This document shows, in pieces, positions 55,096 through 64,000 of a stretch of DNA of 64,000 nt; position 1 is the stretch's first letter; every line of letters starts with the position of its first letter. The DNA comes from Vulcanimicrobiota bacterium (GTDB lineage: Bacteria; Vulcanimicrobiota; Vulcanimicrobiia; Vulcanimicrobiales; Vulcanimicrobiaceae). Location: positions 1,606,974 to 1,670,973 of the forward strand of contig CAVWTN010000002.1 in NCBI GenBank assembly GCA_963757945.1. Reading direction: 5' to 3'. The notes below the pieces were generated by a model. It was not told the DNA's origin. It saw only the letters and a program-made list of their open reading frames with translations, and searched no databases. The translations under genes were made by a program, and so were the position numbers.

Positions 55096-56200
55096 CGAGG
55101 CGCCGCTGCGCGCCCCGGATAGCGTGCTCGTGGCCGTCACGGCGGCGCTGATCGCGATCGGCCTCGCGATGGTCTTCAGCGCGTCGAGCGTCACCGCGTA
55201 CATGGACTATCACGACTCGACGTATTTTCTGAAGCGTCAGATCGTGTGGCTGCTCATCGGCGGGCTCGCCGCGTTCGCGGCGTTTCGTTGCGATTACCGG
55301 CGGCTGCGCTCGCTCGCGCCGTTCTTCTTGCTCGCGAGCATCGTCGGCTGCGCGCTCGTCTTCGTGCCGCACGTCGGGATCGTCGCGAACGGAGCGCGGC
55401 GCTGGCTCGGCGGCGGCACGCTCGGCTTTCAGCCTTCGGAATTCACGAAGCTCACGCTCGTGCTCTATCTCGCCTCGGCGCTCGCCTCGAAGGGCGTGCG
55501 CATCCGCTCGCTCACGCAGGGGCTCTTCCCGCTCTGCTTCGTGACCGGGATCCTCGTGTTGCTCGTGATCCTGGAGCCGGACGTCGGAACGGCGAGCCTG
55601 CTCGCGTTCACGGCGGCGGCGATGCTGTTTGCCGCGGGCGCGCGGATCGTGCATCTGATCGCGATCGGCGTGGTGATGTTTCCGCCCATCGTGTGGTACG
55701 TCTGCGCGAGCACCTACCGGCGCAACCGCATCCTCGCGTTCATCGATCCGTGGAAGGATGCGCAGAACACGGGGTTCCACATCGTGCAGTCGCTGCTGGC
55801 GCTGGGCAGCGGCGGCCCGCTGGGCTTGGGTTTGGGCTTCTCGCGGCAGAAGTTCGCCTACTTGCCCGAACAATACACGGACTTCATCTTCGCGATCCTC
55901 GGCGAGGAACTCGGGCTGATCGGAACCGTGACCGTCATCGTGCTCTTCGTGTTGTTCGCGTACCGCGCGGTGAAGATCGCGCTCGGCGCGCCGGACCGCT
56001 TCGGATTCTTCCTCGCGATCGGCTGCATGTCCACGATCGTGATCCAAGCGCTGATCAACGTGGGCGTCGTCACCTCGTCGTGGCCCGTGACGGGCGTCCC
56101 GCTGCCGTTCATTTCTTTCGGAGGGAGTTCGCTCGTGGTGAGCTTGGTCGCCGTCGCGCTGCTCGTGAACATCGGCCGCCACCCGCGCGTCGTCACGTGA
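55085..56200 (+). CDS. ftsW: Peptidoglycan glycosyltransferase FtsW (SEDS family).
   Basis: 10-TM SEDS pattern ...FQPSEFTKL...DFIFAILGEELG...PFISFGGSS. Confidence 0.9.
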   Translation: MAPDEAPLRAPDSVLVAVTAALIAIGLAMVFSASSVTAYMDYHDSTYFLKRQIVWLLIGGLAAFAAFRCDYRRLRSLAPFFLLASIVGCALVFVPHVGIVANGARRWLGGGTLGFQPSEFTKLTLVLYLASALASKGVRIRSLTQGLFPLCFVTGILVLLVILEPDVGTASLLAFTAAAMLFAAGARIVHLIAIGVVMFPPIVWYVCASTYRRNRILAFIDPWKDAQNTGFHIVQSLLALGSGGPLGLGLGFSRQKFAYLPEQYTDFIFAILGEELGLIGTVTVIVLFVLFAYRAVKIALGAPDRFGFFLAIGCMSTIVIQALINVGVVTSSWPVTGVPLPFISFGGSSLVVSLVAVALLVNIGRHPRVVT

Positions 56201-57306
56201 GGCTCCTGTTGACCGGCGGCGGGACCGGCGGGCACATCTACCCGGCGCTGGCGATCGCCGAGATGTTGCGCGCCGAGCCGCGGGCGCAGCCCTTCACCGT
56301 GCAGTTCGTCGGCACGCGGGACCGGCTCGAGGCGACGCTCGTCCCCGATGCGGGCGTGCCGATCGCGTTCGTGCGCAGCCGGCCGCTCGTGCGCAGGATC
56401 TCGCCCGCGTTCTTCGGCACGCTCGTGCAGAATGCGATCGGCGTCGTGCAGGCCTGCGCGACGATCGCGCGCTTGAAGCCCGATTGCGCGATCGCGACGG
56501 GCGGCTACGTCGCATTCCCGGTCGTGATCGCGACGCGCATGCTGCGAGCGCTCGGCATCGTGCGCGCGCGCATCGCGCTCGTCGAACCAAACGCGCGCGC
56601 CGGGCTCACGAACCGCATCCTGGCGCCGCTCGTCGACGAGATCTGGTACGGCTATGCGGGCCTGGGCGAGCAGAGCGCCAAGACGTTCGTCACCGGGACG
56701 CCCGTTCGGCCCTCGTTCCTGGACTCGGTCGGCAAAGCGGAGGCCCGGACCGCCTTGGGCCTGGATCCGGCCCGCACGACGATCTTCGTGATGGGCGGCA
56801 GCCAGGGCGCGCAGCGCCTGAATCTGGCGGTCGCGGCGATGCTCGCGGACGGCCTGCTGCCCGCGGACTGGCAGATCGTGCACGTGACGGGCCCGACCGA
56901 CGTGATCCCGCGGCAGCTCGCGCCGGAACTCGCGGGGCGCGTCGTGATGCGCCCCTACCTCGAGGACCCGCGCGCCGCCTACGCGGCCGCCGACGTGATC
57001 GTCTCGCGGGCCGGCGCCTCGACGCTCGCGGAGATCGCGGCCACCGGGACGCCCGCGCTGCTCGTGCCCTACCCCTTCGCTTCGAACGACCACCAGACGC
57101 TCAACGCGGAGGTCTTCGTGCGGGCCGGTGCCGCCCGCCTTATCCGCGACCAGGAGATCGACGGCCGCCGCCTGCTGGCGGAGCTGAAGGCGGTCCTGGA
57201 GCCGGCCACGCTCGCCGCGATGCACCGTGCGGCCCAGGCGCTGGCCCCGCGGGACCTGCGCGGCACGATCGTCTCGCGGGCGCTGGCGCTTGCGGGGCGC
57301 GGGTGA
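56197..57306 (+). CDS. murG: UDP-N-acetylglucosamine--N-acetylmuramyl-(pentapeptide) pyrophosphoryl-undecaprenol N-acetylglucosamine transferase MurG.
   Basis: LLTGGGTGGHIYPALAIAEML. GTGA overlap with ftsW. Confidence 0.9.
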   Translation: MRLLLTGGGTGGHIYPALAIAEMLRAEPRAQPFTVQFVGTRDRLEATLVPDAGVPIAFVRSRPLVRRISPAFFGTLVQNAIGVVQACATIARLKPDCAIATGGYVAFPVVIATRMLRALGIVRARIALVEPNARAGLTNRILAPLVDEIWYGYAGLGEQSAKTFVTGTPVRPSFLDSVGKAEARTALGLDPARTTIFVMGGSQGAQRLNLAVAAMLADGLLPADWQIVHVTGPTDVIPRQLAPELAGRVVMRPYLEDPRAAYAAADVIVSRAGASTLAEIAATGTPALLVPYPFASNDHQTLNAEVFVRAGAARLIRDQEIDGRRLLAELKAVLEPATLAAMHRAAQALAPRDLRGTIVSRALALAGRG

Positions 57307-57313
57307 TCCTGCC

Positions 57314-58732
57314 ATGAGGTACGAAGAGCGCATCCCCGTGGGGCAAGCATCGACCGTGCACTTCGTCGGGATCAGCGGGATCGGCATGAGCGCGCTCGCG
57401 CGGGTCCTGCTCCAGCGGGGCGAGCGCGTCACCGGCTCGAGCGACCGGGCGACCGCGCTGACGGACCGTCTGCGCGCCGAGGGCGCCAAAGTCACGATCG
57501 GCCACTCGGCCGCGAACCTGGGCGACGCCACGCGGGTCATCGTCAGCAGCGCGATCTCCGAGGAGAACCCGGAGCTGATGGCCGCGCGCGCGGCGGGCCT
57601 GGACGTGCTGCGCCGCGGGACGCTGCTCGCCGAGCTGATGGCGCCCAAGCGCGGGATCGCGATCGCCGGAACGCACGGCAAGACGACGACGACGGCAATG
57701 ACCGCCTGCGTCTTGGAGGCGGGCGGGATCGACCCGACGGTCGTCGTGGGCGGCGAGCGCGTCGACACCGGGACGAACGCGCGCGTCGGCGCCAGCGACT
57801 GGTTCCTCTCCGAAAGCGACGAATCGGATCGCTCGTTCTTGGAATTGCGGCCCCAGATCGCGGTCCTCACGAACGTCGAGAACGACCACATCGATTCCGA
57901 CGCGGAACTGCCCTCGCTGCTGGCGGCATTCGCCGCGTTCCTGGATCGCGTACCCGCGGAGGGGCTCGTCCTCATCGGCAACGACGACCGGCGCGCGGCC
58001 GCGATCGGCGTGCGGGAGCGCGCCGCGCGCACGCTGACCTTTGGTTTCGGGGCGGCGGACATCGTCGCGAGCGCGCGCCGCTTCGCGGATTTCGGCTCGC
58101 TCTCGCGGATCACGGCGAACGGCAGCGTGCTCGGCGAGCTGCGCCTGCGCGTCCCCGGCGAGATCAACATCCTCAACGCGCTCCCGGCGATCGCGATCGG
58201 CCTCGAACTCGGGGTGCCGTTCACGACGGCGGCCGAGGCGCTCGAGGAGTTCCACGGCGTGCGGCGGCGCTTCGAGATCCTCGCGCGCTCGCCGCGCATG
58301 ACGGTCGTCGAGGATTACGCGCACCATCCGACCGCGGTCGCCGCGACGATCGCGGCCGCGCGCGCCGATTTCCCCGGGCCGATCGTCGTGGCGTTTCAGC
58401 CGCATCGCTTCACGCGCACGCGCTACCTGGCCGATGAATTCGCGCGCGCGCTGCGCGGCGCCGATCGCGTCGTGCTGACGGAGGTGTACGCCGCCTCCGA
58501 ACGGCCGTTGCCGGGCGTCTCCGCGCGTTCGATCGGCGAGCCGCTGCGCGCGCTCGGCGGCGACGTGCACTACGTGGCGCGGCCGGAGGAGCTGCCCGAA
58601 TGCCTGCTCGCGACCGCGCCGCCGGGCGCGCTCGTGCTGATGCTCGGCGCGGGTTCGATCACGACGGCCGCCGCGCGCTTGGGACGAGAAGTGCGGGCCT
58701 CGGCGGCCGCGGCGGGAGCGCTGGCGGGATGA
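57314..58732 (+). CDS. murC: UDP-N-acetylmuramate--L-alanine ligase MurC.
   Basis: VHFVGISGIGMSALA, IAGTHGKTTTTAM. Confidence 0.9.
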   Translation: MRYEERIPVGQASTVHFVGISGIGMSALARVLLQRGERVTGSSDRATALTDRLRAEGAKVTIGHSAANLGDATRVIVSSAISEENPELMAARAAGLDVLRRGTLLAELMAPKRGIAIAGTHGKTTTTAMTACVLEAGGIDPTVVVGGERVDTGTNARVGASDWFLSESDESDRSFLELRPQIAVLTNVENDHIDSDAELPSLLAAFAAFLDRVPAEGLVLIGNDDRRAAAIGVRERAARTLTFGFGAADIVASARRFADFGSLSRITANGSVLGELRLRVPGEINILNALPAIAIGLELGVPFTTAAEALEEFHGVRRRFEILARSPRMTVVEDYAHHPTAVAATIAAARADFPGPIVVAFQPHRFTRTRYLADEFARALRGADRVVLTEVYAASERPLPGVSARSIGEPLRALGGDVHYVARPEELPECLLATAPPGALVLMLGAGSITTAAARLGREVRASAAAAGALAG

Positions 58733-59685
58733 ACGCGCTCGAGCCCAGCGAACTGCGCTCCGTCCTCGGCGCGCCGGAGCGGGCGCGCTTGAGCGAGATC
58801 TTCGGCGAGCGCGTGCGCTTCGACGAACCGCTCGCGCCGTACACGTCCTGGAAGCTCGGAGGCCCGGCCGATGCCTTCGCGCTGGTCGAACGTGCGAGCG
58901 AACTCGAGGCGCTGCTGGAACTCGTCCGCAAACGGCGCCTGCCCTGGTTCGTCCTTGGGAGCGGCTCGAATCTGCTCGTCGGCGACGGCGGGATCCGCGG
59001 CGTCACGCTGCGCCTGTGCGGCGAATACGCGGCGCTCCAGTTCCGCGAGGGCGACGGCGAGGCGGCCGAGGTCGTGGTCGAGGCGGGCGCCTCGGCGAGC
59101 ATGTCGCTGCTGACGGCGCAGGCCGCTTCGCGCGGCGCGGTCGGGATCGCGTCGCTGGCCGGGATCCCCGGCAGCGTCGGCGGCGCGCTGCGCATGAACG
59201 CGGGGACCGATCGCGAGATCGGCGAGTTCGTGCGCGACGTCTGGGTGCAGACTCCGGCGAAGCCCGCGGCCCATCGCGTGACGATGCAATATTTCTACCG
59301 GCACACGACGCTCGCGCGCGACGCGGTCGTCGCGCGCGTCACGCTCGGCTTCGAACGCGGCGATCCGGCGGCGGTGCGCGCCGACATGCAGCAGCGCCTC
59401 GTGCGCCGCAAGAACCGTCAACCGCTGCAATACCCGAACGCCGGCTCGTGCTTTCGCAATCCGCCGGGGCACCGGGCCGGGCAATTGATCGAAGCCGTGG
59501 GCGCGAAGGGCTGGCGCATCGGTGGGGCGGAAGTCTCGGAATTGCACGCCAACTTCATCGTGAATCGGGACGGCGCAACGGCTGCCGACGTTGCTTCGCT
59601 GCTGGCAAAGGTACGGCGTGCGGTTGCGGATCAACACGGAATCGAGCTCGAGCTCGAGGTGCACTTTGTCGGAGTATTCACGTGA
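58729..59685 (+). CDS. murB: UDP-N-acetylenolpyruvoylglucosamine reductase MurB.
   Basis: PYTSWKLGGPADAF...GSGSNLLV (FAD-binding PCMH) ...NAGSCFRNP. ATGA overlap with murC. Confidence 0.9.
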   Translation: MNALEPSELRSVLGAPERARLSEIFGERVRFDEPLAPYTSWKLGGPADAFALVERASELEALLELVRKRRLPWFVLGSGSNLLVGDGGIRGVTLRLCGEYAALQFREGDGEAAEVVVEAGASASMSLLTAQAASRGAVGIASLAGIPGSVGGALRMNAGTDREIGEFVRDVWVQTPAKPAAHRVTMQYFYRHTTLARDAVVARVTLGFERGDPAAVRADMQQRLVRRKNRQPLQYPNAGSCFRNPPGHRAGQLIEAVGAKGWRIGGAEVSELHANFIVNRDGATAADVASLLAKVRRAVADQHGIELELEVHFVGVFT

Positions 59686-60620
59686 GTGAGAAAGCGCGCG
59701 TCGCCGTCGTGATGGGCGGGCCGAGTTCCGAACGCGAGGTTTCGATCGCCAGCGGCCAAGGCGTCATGCAAGCGCTGCTCGCGCTTGGTTACGAAGCGCG
59801 CTCGATCGATTTCGACGAGCGCTTCATCGACGCGCTGCGCGCGTTCGTGCCGGACGTCGTCTTCAACGCGCTGCATGGTCCCGGCGGCGAAGACGGGCGC
59901 ATTCAAGGGATCCTCGATTGGCTCGGCATTCCGTACACCGGGAGCGATCTGCGCTCGTGCGCGCTCGCGATGGACAAGCATCTGACGAAGAAGTTGATCT
60001 CCGCCGAAGGCTTGCCGACCGCGGCGTGGGACGTCTTCGACTTGAGCGGCGGCACGTTGCCGCTGTTGCCCGGCTCGCTGAATCTTCCGCTCGTGGTGAA
60101 ACCGCGCGATGAAGGTTCGAGTGCCGGCGTCACGATCGTGCGCACGCACGAAGAATGGTCGAACGCGATGATCGCGAGCGCCGCGCGCACGACGAACGTG
60201 ATGGCCGAGGAATTCGTCGCCGGTCGCGAGTTTTCGTGCGGCGTTTTCTTCGAGCAACCGCTGCCGATCGTCGAGATCGAAGCGAACGCAGAATTCTACA
60301 CCTACGATGCGAAGTATAAACCCGGCGGAAGCCGGCACACGGTCCCCGCGCGGCTCGATCACGATCTGACCGCGCGCTTGCAGACGCTCGCTCTTTCGGT
60401 GCACCGTCTGATCGGTTTGCGCGACTATTCGCGAACCGACATCATCGTCACGAAAGAGGGGCGCCCGTACATTCTCGAGGTGAACGCCCTGCCGGGCCTC
60501 ACTCCGGCGAGCTTGTTTCCCGAGGAGTGCGCGGCGGCTGGGATCCCGTTCGAAGCGTTGATCGACCGCCTGGTGCGCGCCGCGGTCGAGCGTGGCCAGG
60601 CGGTCGCCGCCGTTCCGTGA
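59682..60620 (+). CDS. ddl: D-alanine--D-alanine ligase Ddl.
   Basis: VAVVMGGPSSEREVSIASG, HGPGGEDGRIQGILDWLGIPYTGS, ...EVNALPGLT. GTGA overlap with murB. Confidence 0.9.
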   Translation: MSEKARVAVVMGGPSSEREVSIASGQGVMQALLALGYEARSIDFDERFIDALRAFVPDVVFNALHGPGGEDGRIQGILDWLGIPYTGSDLRSCALAMDKHLTKKLISAEGLPTAAWDVFDLSGGTLPLLPGSLNLPLVVKPRDEGSSAGVTIVRTHEEWSNAMIASAARTTNVMAEEFVAGREFSCGVFFEQPLPIVEIEANAEFYTYDAKYKPGGSRHTVPARLDHDLTARLQTLALSVHRLIGLRDYSRTDIIVTKEGRPYILEVNALPGLTPASLFPEECAAAGIPFEALIDRLVRAAVERGQAVAAVP

Positions 60621-60758
60621 TCGCTGCCGGGTTAGTGGCTCCTACGTGCCGGCAGAGGCGGGCCGGGCGCGCGACGCTTGCCTCGGTAGCACGTCACCCG
60701 CTATGACCTTAGTCGAAGTGCATGATATTAATCGGCTATATGCGAAAGTCGCGAGGCT

Positions 60759-61949
60759 ATGTCACATACGGGAACGGTAGTCGATCGGGGCCTAGAAGGC
60801 GTCATTGTCGGCTCCACCGAGCTGAGCAATGTCGAGGGCCTCGAAGGCAGGCTGACCTATCGCGGGTACGACATCCACGATCTCGCGACGAACGCGACGT
60901 TTGAGGAGATCTGCTACCTTCTGCTCTTCGGCGCGCTCCCGAACAAGCATCAGCTTGAAGATTTGAAGGTCCGGCTCTCGGCGAACCGGATGCTGCCGAA
61001 GCCGCTGCTCGAAACGATGGCGCACATCCCGAAATCGGCGTGGCCGATGGACGTGCTGCGCACGATGATTTCGGCGTTGGCCTTGTACACGCCGCACTCC
61101 GAGGAGGGCGCCCACCCTTCGAACCCGCGCACGGCGATCCACCTCGTTGCGAAGACTCCGACAATCGTCGCAGCGTGGGACCGCATGCGCAACGATCTCC
61201 CGCCGATCGAACCGCTCCCGAACCTCTCGACGGCCGCCAACTTCCTTTACATGCGCAGCGGCAAGCTCCCGATCAAGGAAGCCGAGGACGCGCTCGACAC
61301 CTACCTCGTGCTGCTGGCGGACCATTCGTACAACGCTTCGACGTTCGCGGCGCGCGTGTGCGCCTCGACGCACGCCGACATCTTCGCCGCGGCGACCTCC
61401 GCGGTCGCCACGCTCGAAGGCGACTTGCACGGTGGGGCGCCCGGCAAGGTGATGTCGATGCTGCTCGAGATCGGCAAGCCGGAACGCGCCGAATCGTACG
61501 TGCGCGAATTGCTCGCGCGCGGCCAGCGCATCATGGGCATGGGCCATCGCGAATATAAGGTTCGCGACCCGCGCGCGCAGCATCTCGAAGAGATGGCCAA
61601 GGCGCTCGGCGAGGCCTCCGATCCGAAATGGTACAACATCGCGCGCGCGCTCGAGGACGCCTCGAACAAGGTCCTGCAAGAGGAAAAGCCCGACAAGCGC
61701 ATTTACGCGAACGTCGAGTTCTACACCGCGCCGACGCTCTACAGCCTCGGCATTCCGGCGGATGAGTTCACCTGTATGTTCGCCTGCGGCCGCATGGCCG
61801 GTTGGACGGCGCACATCCTCGAGCAACTCGCCGACAACCGCTTGATTCGCCCGCAGGCACGCTACGATGGCCCGCCGGTGATGCCGTACGTCCCGATCGG
61901 ACAGCGCGGGCGTTCGGCGCCGAACAAGAACGGCAGCTCGAACGCGTGA
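60759..61949 (+). CDS. gltA: Citrate synthase.
   Basis: GMGHREYKVRDPRA (citrate synthase signature region) and the overall fold. Confidence 0.9.
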   Translation: MSHTGTVVDRGLEGVIVGSTELSNVEGLEGRLTYRGYDIHDLATNATFEEICYLLLFGALPNKHQLEDLKVRLSANRMLPKPLLETMAHIPKSAWPMDVLRTMISALALYTPHSEEGAHPSNPRTAIHLVAKTPTIVAAWDRMRNDLPPIEPLPNLSTAANFLYMRSGKLPIKEAEDALDTYLVLLADHSYNASTFAARVCASTHADIFAAATSAVATLEGDLHGGAPGKVMSMLLEIGKPERAESYVRELLARGQRIMGMGHREYKVRDPRAQHLEEMAKALGEASDPKWYNIARALEDASNKVLQEEKPDKRIYANVEFYTAPTLYSLGIPADEFTCMFACGRMAGWTAHILEQLADNRLIRPQARYDGPPVMPYVPIGQRGRSAPNKNGSSNA

Positions 61950-62548
61950 GCGAAGGCCAATCCGCCGGCGCGCGCCGCGCGACGGTTTCGCGGACGACGA
62001 AAGAGACGCGCATCGAACTGACGCTCGATCTCGAGGGCGGCCCCGCCGAGATCGAGACCGACGTGAAGTTCCTCGATCACATGCTCGAAGCGTTCGCGAA
62101 GCATTCGGGCGTCGGCCTGAAACTGCGCGCGAGCGGCGACGGCCTGGATAACCACCATCTCGTCGAAGACGTCGGGATCGCGCTCGGCCAAGCGATCCAC
62201 GCGGCGCTCGGCGACAAGAACGGGATCGTCCGCTTCGGCTCGCTCGCCGTTCCGCTCGACGACGCGCTCGTGCTCGGCAGCGTCGATCTCTCGGGCCGCG
62301 CCTACTTGAATTTCGCGGTGAAGTTCGGCGTCGAGGATCTCGCCGATCTCAAGACGGAGCTCGTGCCGCATTTCTTCCACTCGCTCGCCGAGCACGGCCG
62401 CTTCAACCTGCATCTCGTGCAGCTGGCAGGCGCGAACTCGCACCATCTGTGCGAAGCCGCGTTCAAGGCGTTCGCGCGCTCGTTCGCGCAGGCGAAAACC
62501 CGCACCGGCGACGCCGGCGTCCCCTCAACCAAAGGCGTCCTCGCCTAA
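61946..62548 (+). CDS. hisB: Imidazoleglycerol-phosphate dehydratase HisB.
   Basis: RTTKETRIELTLDLEGG...DNHHLVEDVGIALGQA...HFFHSLAEHGRFNLH. GTGA overlap with gltA. Confidence 0.85.
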   Translation: MSEGQSAGARRATVSRTTKETRIELTLDLEGGPAEIETDVKFLDHMLEAFAKHSGVGLKLRASGDGLDNHHLVEDVGIALGQAIHAALGDKNGIVRFGSLAVPLDDALVLGSVDLSGRAYLNFAVKFGVEDLADLKTELVPHFFHSLAEHGRFNLHLVQLAGANSHHLCEAAFKAFARSFAQAKTRTGDAGVPSTKGVLA

Positions 62549-62630
62549 ACTCCCCCTTCGAAAGGCTCATCCTTCGACGGGCACAGGCTGACAACGGCGC
62601 CCCGTCAGGCCGAGCTTGTCGAAGGGCGCG

Positions 62631-63878
62631 TCAGACGGTGCCTGTCGAAGGGCGGATTCGGTAGATCTTGCCGGCGGAGTCGTCGGCGACGAAGAGGCTG
62701 CCGTTCGGGCCGACCGCGATGCCGGTCGGCGTTCCGATGCGGTTGCCGCTCGCATCCTGGAAGCCGCTGAAAAACTCGCTCCATTGCGCGGTCGGGTCGT
62801 TCCAGTTGACGGCTCGCAGGGGCGTATCGCCGGCCAGGGGGACGAACGCGACGTGCGGCCCGACGATGCGGACGCCCGAGGCGTTCGTGTGCCACGAGCC
62901 GTGCGCCGAGACGAACGCTCCGCCGCGGTAGCCGGTTGGGAAGGCATAGGCGCCGGGCGTGCTCGCCGGATAGAACGCCGCACCGATCAGCGTCGAGTAG
63001 GCCGGAAACACGACGGCGGGCGCGATCGTCTTCGAGCAGTCGGCGCCGGCGGTGTAGGCATGCTGGTCCTCCTCGCAATCGGGCCAGCCGTAATCCGCGA
63101 TCGCCGCGTGCCGCGTGACCGAGTCGAAGATCTCGTAAGGGTGGCCCTGCGGCAAGCTATCCTGGCCCGCGACCCCGGCCCAGAGCGTGCCGGTCCCCGG
63201 ATCGATCGCGAGCGCGATCGCGTTGCGGATGCGCTGCGCGATCGGCGTCAGATTCTCGCCGCTCGGGCCCATGCTGAAGATGCGCGCGCGCGTCGGATCC
63301 GTTTCGACGCATGCGTTGCACGACGAGCCGACGCTCGCGTAGAGCGTTCCGCCGCCGAAGGCGACCGAGGTCGTCGAATGGCCGCCCGCGCCGCGGGTGC
63401 GAAACGAGGCGATCTTCACCGGCGCCGCTTTGGCGACTTGGTCGCCGGTAGTGTATGCGATCTTGTAAACGCCGAACTGCGTGCCGACGTAGATCGCGCC
63501 GGGGCCCACCGCGACGCCGGCCGCCGGCGAATCCGGAAGCGTCGCAAACGTCTGCGGGGCGCCCGCTAGGCCCGGAGCGTCCGCGTTCGGCACGATCGCA
63601 AGCGTCGATCCGCCGGTGCCGACCAGCAGATCGCCGTTCGGCGTGAACGAGAGTTCGCGCGCGTTCCCGACGCTCGCGACCACGCTTGCCGTAAAGCCGT
63701 TGGGCACCGTCAGCGCCGGATCCGCGGGCGAGGGAATCACGTCGGGATTTGACGGCGAGGCCGTTGCGCCGGGCCCGCCGCCGTTACCGCCGGAGAGCGA
63801 CGACGCGCCGGAGCCGGAGTTGCCGCCGCACGCAGCCAGCAGCAACAGCACCAGCGCCGCAGCGGGAAAAACGTTCAT
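62631..63878 (-). CDS. PQQ-dependent sugar (glucose/sorbosone) dehydrogenase-like beta-propeller lipoprotein.
   Basis: Lipobox LLLLAACGG and a Gly/Ser linker, then a GSDH-like propeller (...HGSWHTN..., ...GIAVGPNGSLFVADD...). Confidence 0.7.
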   Translation of the reverse strand: MNVFPAAALVLLLLAACGGNSGSGASSLSGGNGGGPGATASPSNPDVIPSPADPALTVPNGFTASVVASVGNARELSFTPNGDLLVGTGGSTLAIVPNADAPGLAGAPQTFATLPDSPAAGVAVGPGAIYVGTQFGVYKIAYTTGDQVAKAAPVKIASFRTRGAGGHSTTSVAFGGGTLYASVGSSCNACVETDPTRARIFSMGPSGENLTPIAQRIRNAIALAIDPGTGTLWAGVAGQDSLPQGHPYEIFDSVTRHAAIADYGWPDCEEDQHAYTAGADCSKTIAPAVVFPAYSTLIGAAFYPASTPGAYAFPTGYRGGAFVSAHGSWHTNASGVRIVGPHVAFVPLAGDTPLRAVNWNDPTAQWSEFFSGFQDASGNRIGTPTGIAVGPNGSLFVADDSAGKIYRIRPSTGTV

Positions 63879-64000
63879 TCGAGCATCCGCCATTTCAACA
63901 ACGGCATACCCGCTTTGAACCCGAAATTGAACCTTTAGTGCCAAAGAGTGTGCCGTTGCACGGGCGAAGCCCCAAGGTCATGAAACACGGGACGCTCGCC

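Noticed and set aside
55858-58299. An 813-aa minus-strand ORF, and similar long R/S/A-rich minus ORFs (57140..58570, 59631..60404, 50549..52309, 53593..55203, 47302..48750), across the dcw cluster.
   Set aside because: They are antisense to well-conserved mur/fts genes with unmistakable motifs on the plus strand. Their composition is low-complexity and they match no family.
1-64000. Search for a CRISPR array, tRNA or rRNA genes.
   Set aside because: No regularly spaced short direct repeats were seen. No cloverleaf-compatible segment with a GTTCGA-type T-loop was seen in the intergenic or low-GC stretches. No rRNA-like conserved blocks were found.

Overview
This is a 64-kb high-GC (about 68-70%) bacterial chromosomal segment. 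Positions 1 to about 45,500 form a mosaic accessory region. Stretches of lower GC (about 45-55%) sit between high-GC blocks. The region carries three insertion sequences: an IS407-type IS3 element with a tandemly duplicated left end and a frameshifted OrfB, a second IS3-family element, and an IS110-family element. It also carries two type II toxin-antitoxin pairs (MazEF-like and BrnTA), two Uma2 nuclease copies (one a fragment), and several genes with defence-island character. These are a TraG/VirD4-like Zn-ribbon ATPase, a DUF3800 protein, a WYL regulator divergent from a YbjN/ADP-ribosylglycohydrolase/dual-specificity-phosphatase operon, a TIR-NB-ARC-TPR STAND protein, a SLOG-2TM(SLATT-like) membrane protein, a NERD-nuclease/SF1-helicase fusion, and an NrtR-like Nudix/SPFH/NAD-kinase-like operon. 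Housekeeping-type genes in the region include GNAT paralogs, hydrolases, a TPR protein and a frameshifted GH31. From about 45.6 kb onward the window is core genome. A conserved division and cell wall (dcw) cluster runs mraZ-rsmH-ftsL-ftsI-murE-murF-(CofE-like insert)-mraY-murD-ftsW-murG-murC-murB-ddl, with ATGA/GTGA-coupled junctions and no ftsQAZ. It is followed by citrate synthase, hisB and a PQQ-dependent sugar dehydrogenase lipoprotein. No rRNA, tRNA or CRISPR array was recognised. The most interesting candidate is a Thoeris-like pairing of a TIR-STAND sensor with a SLOG-domain 2TM effector.
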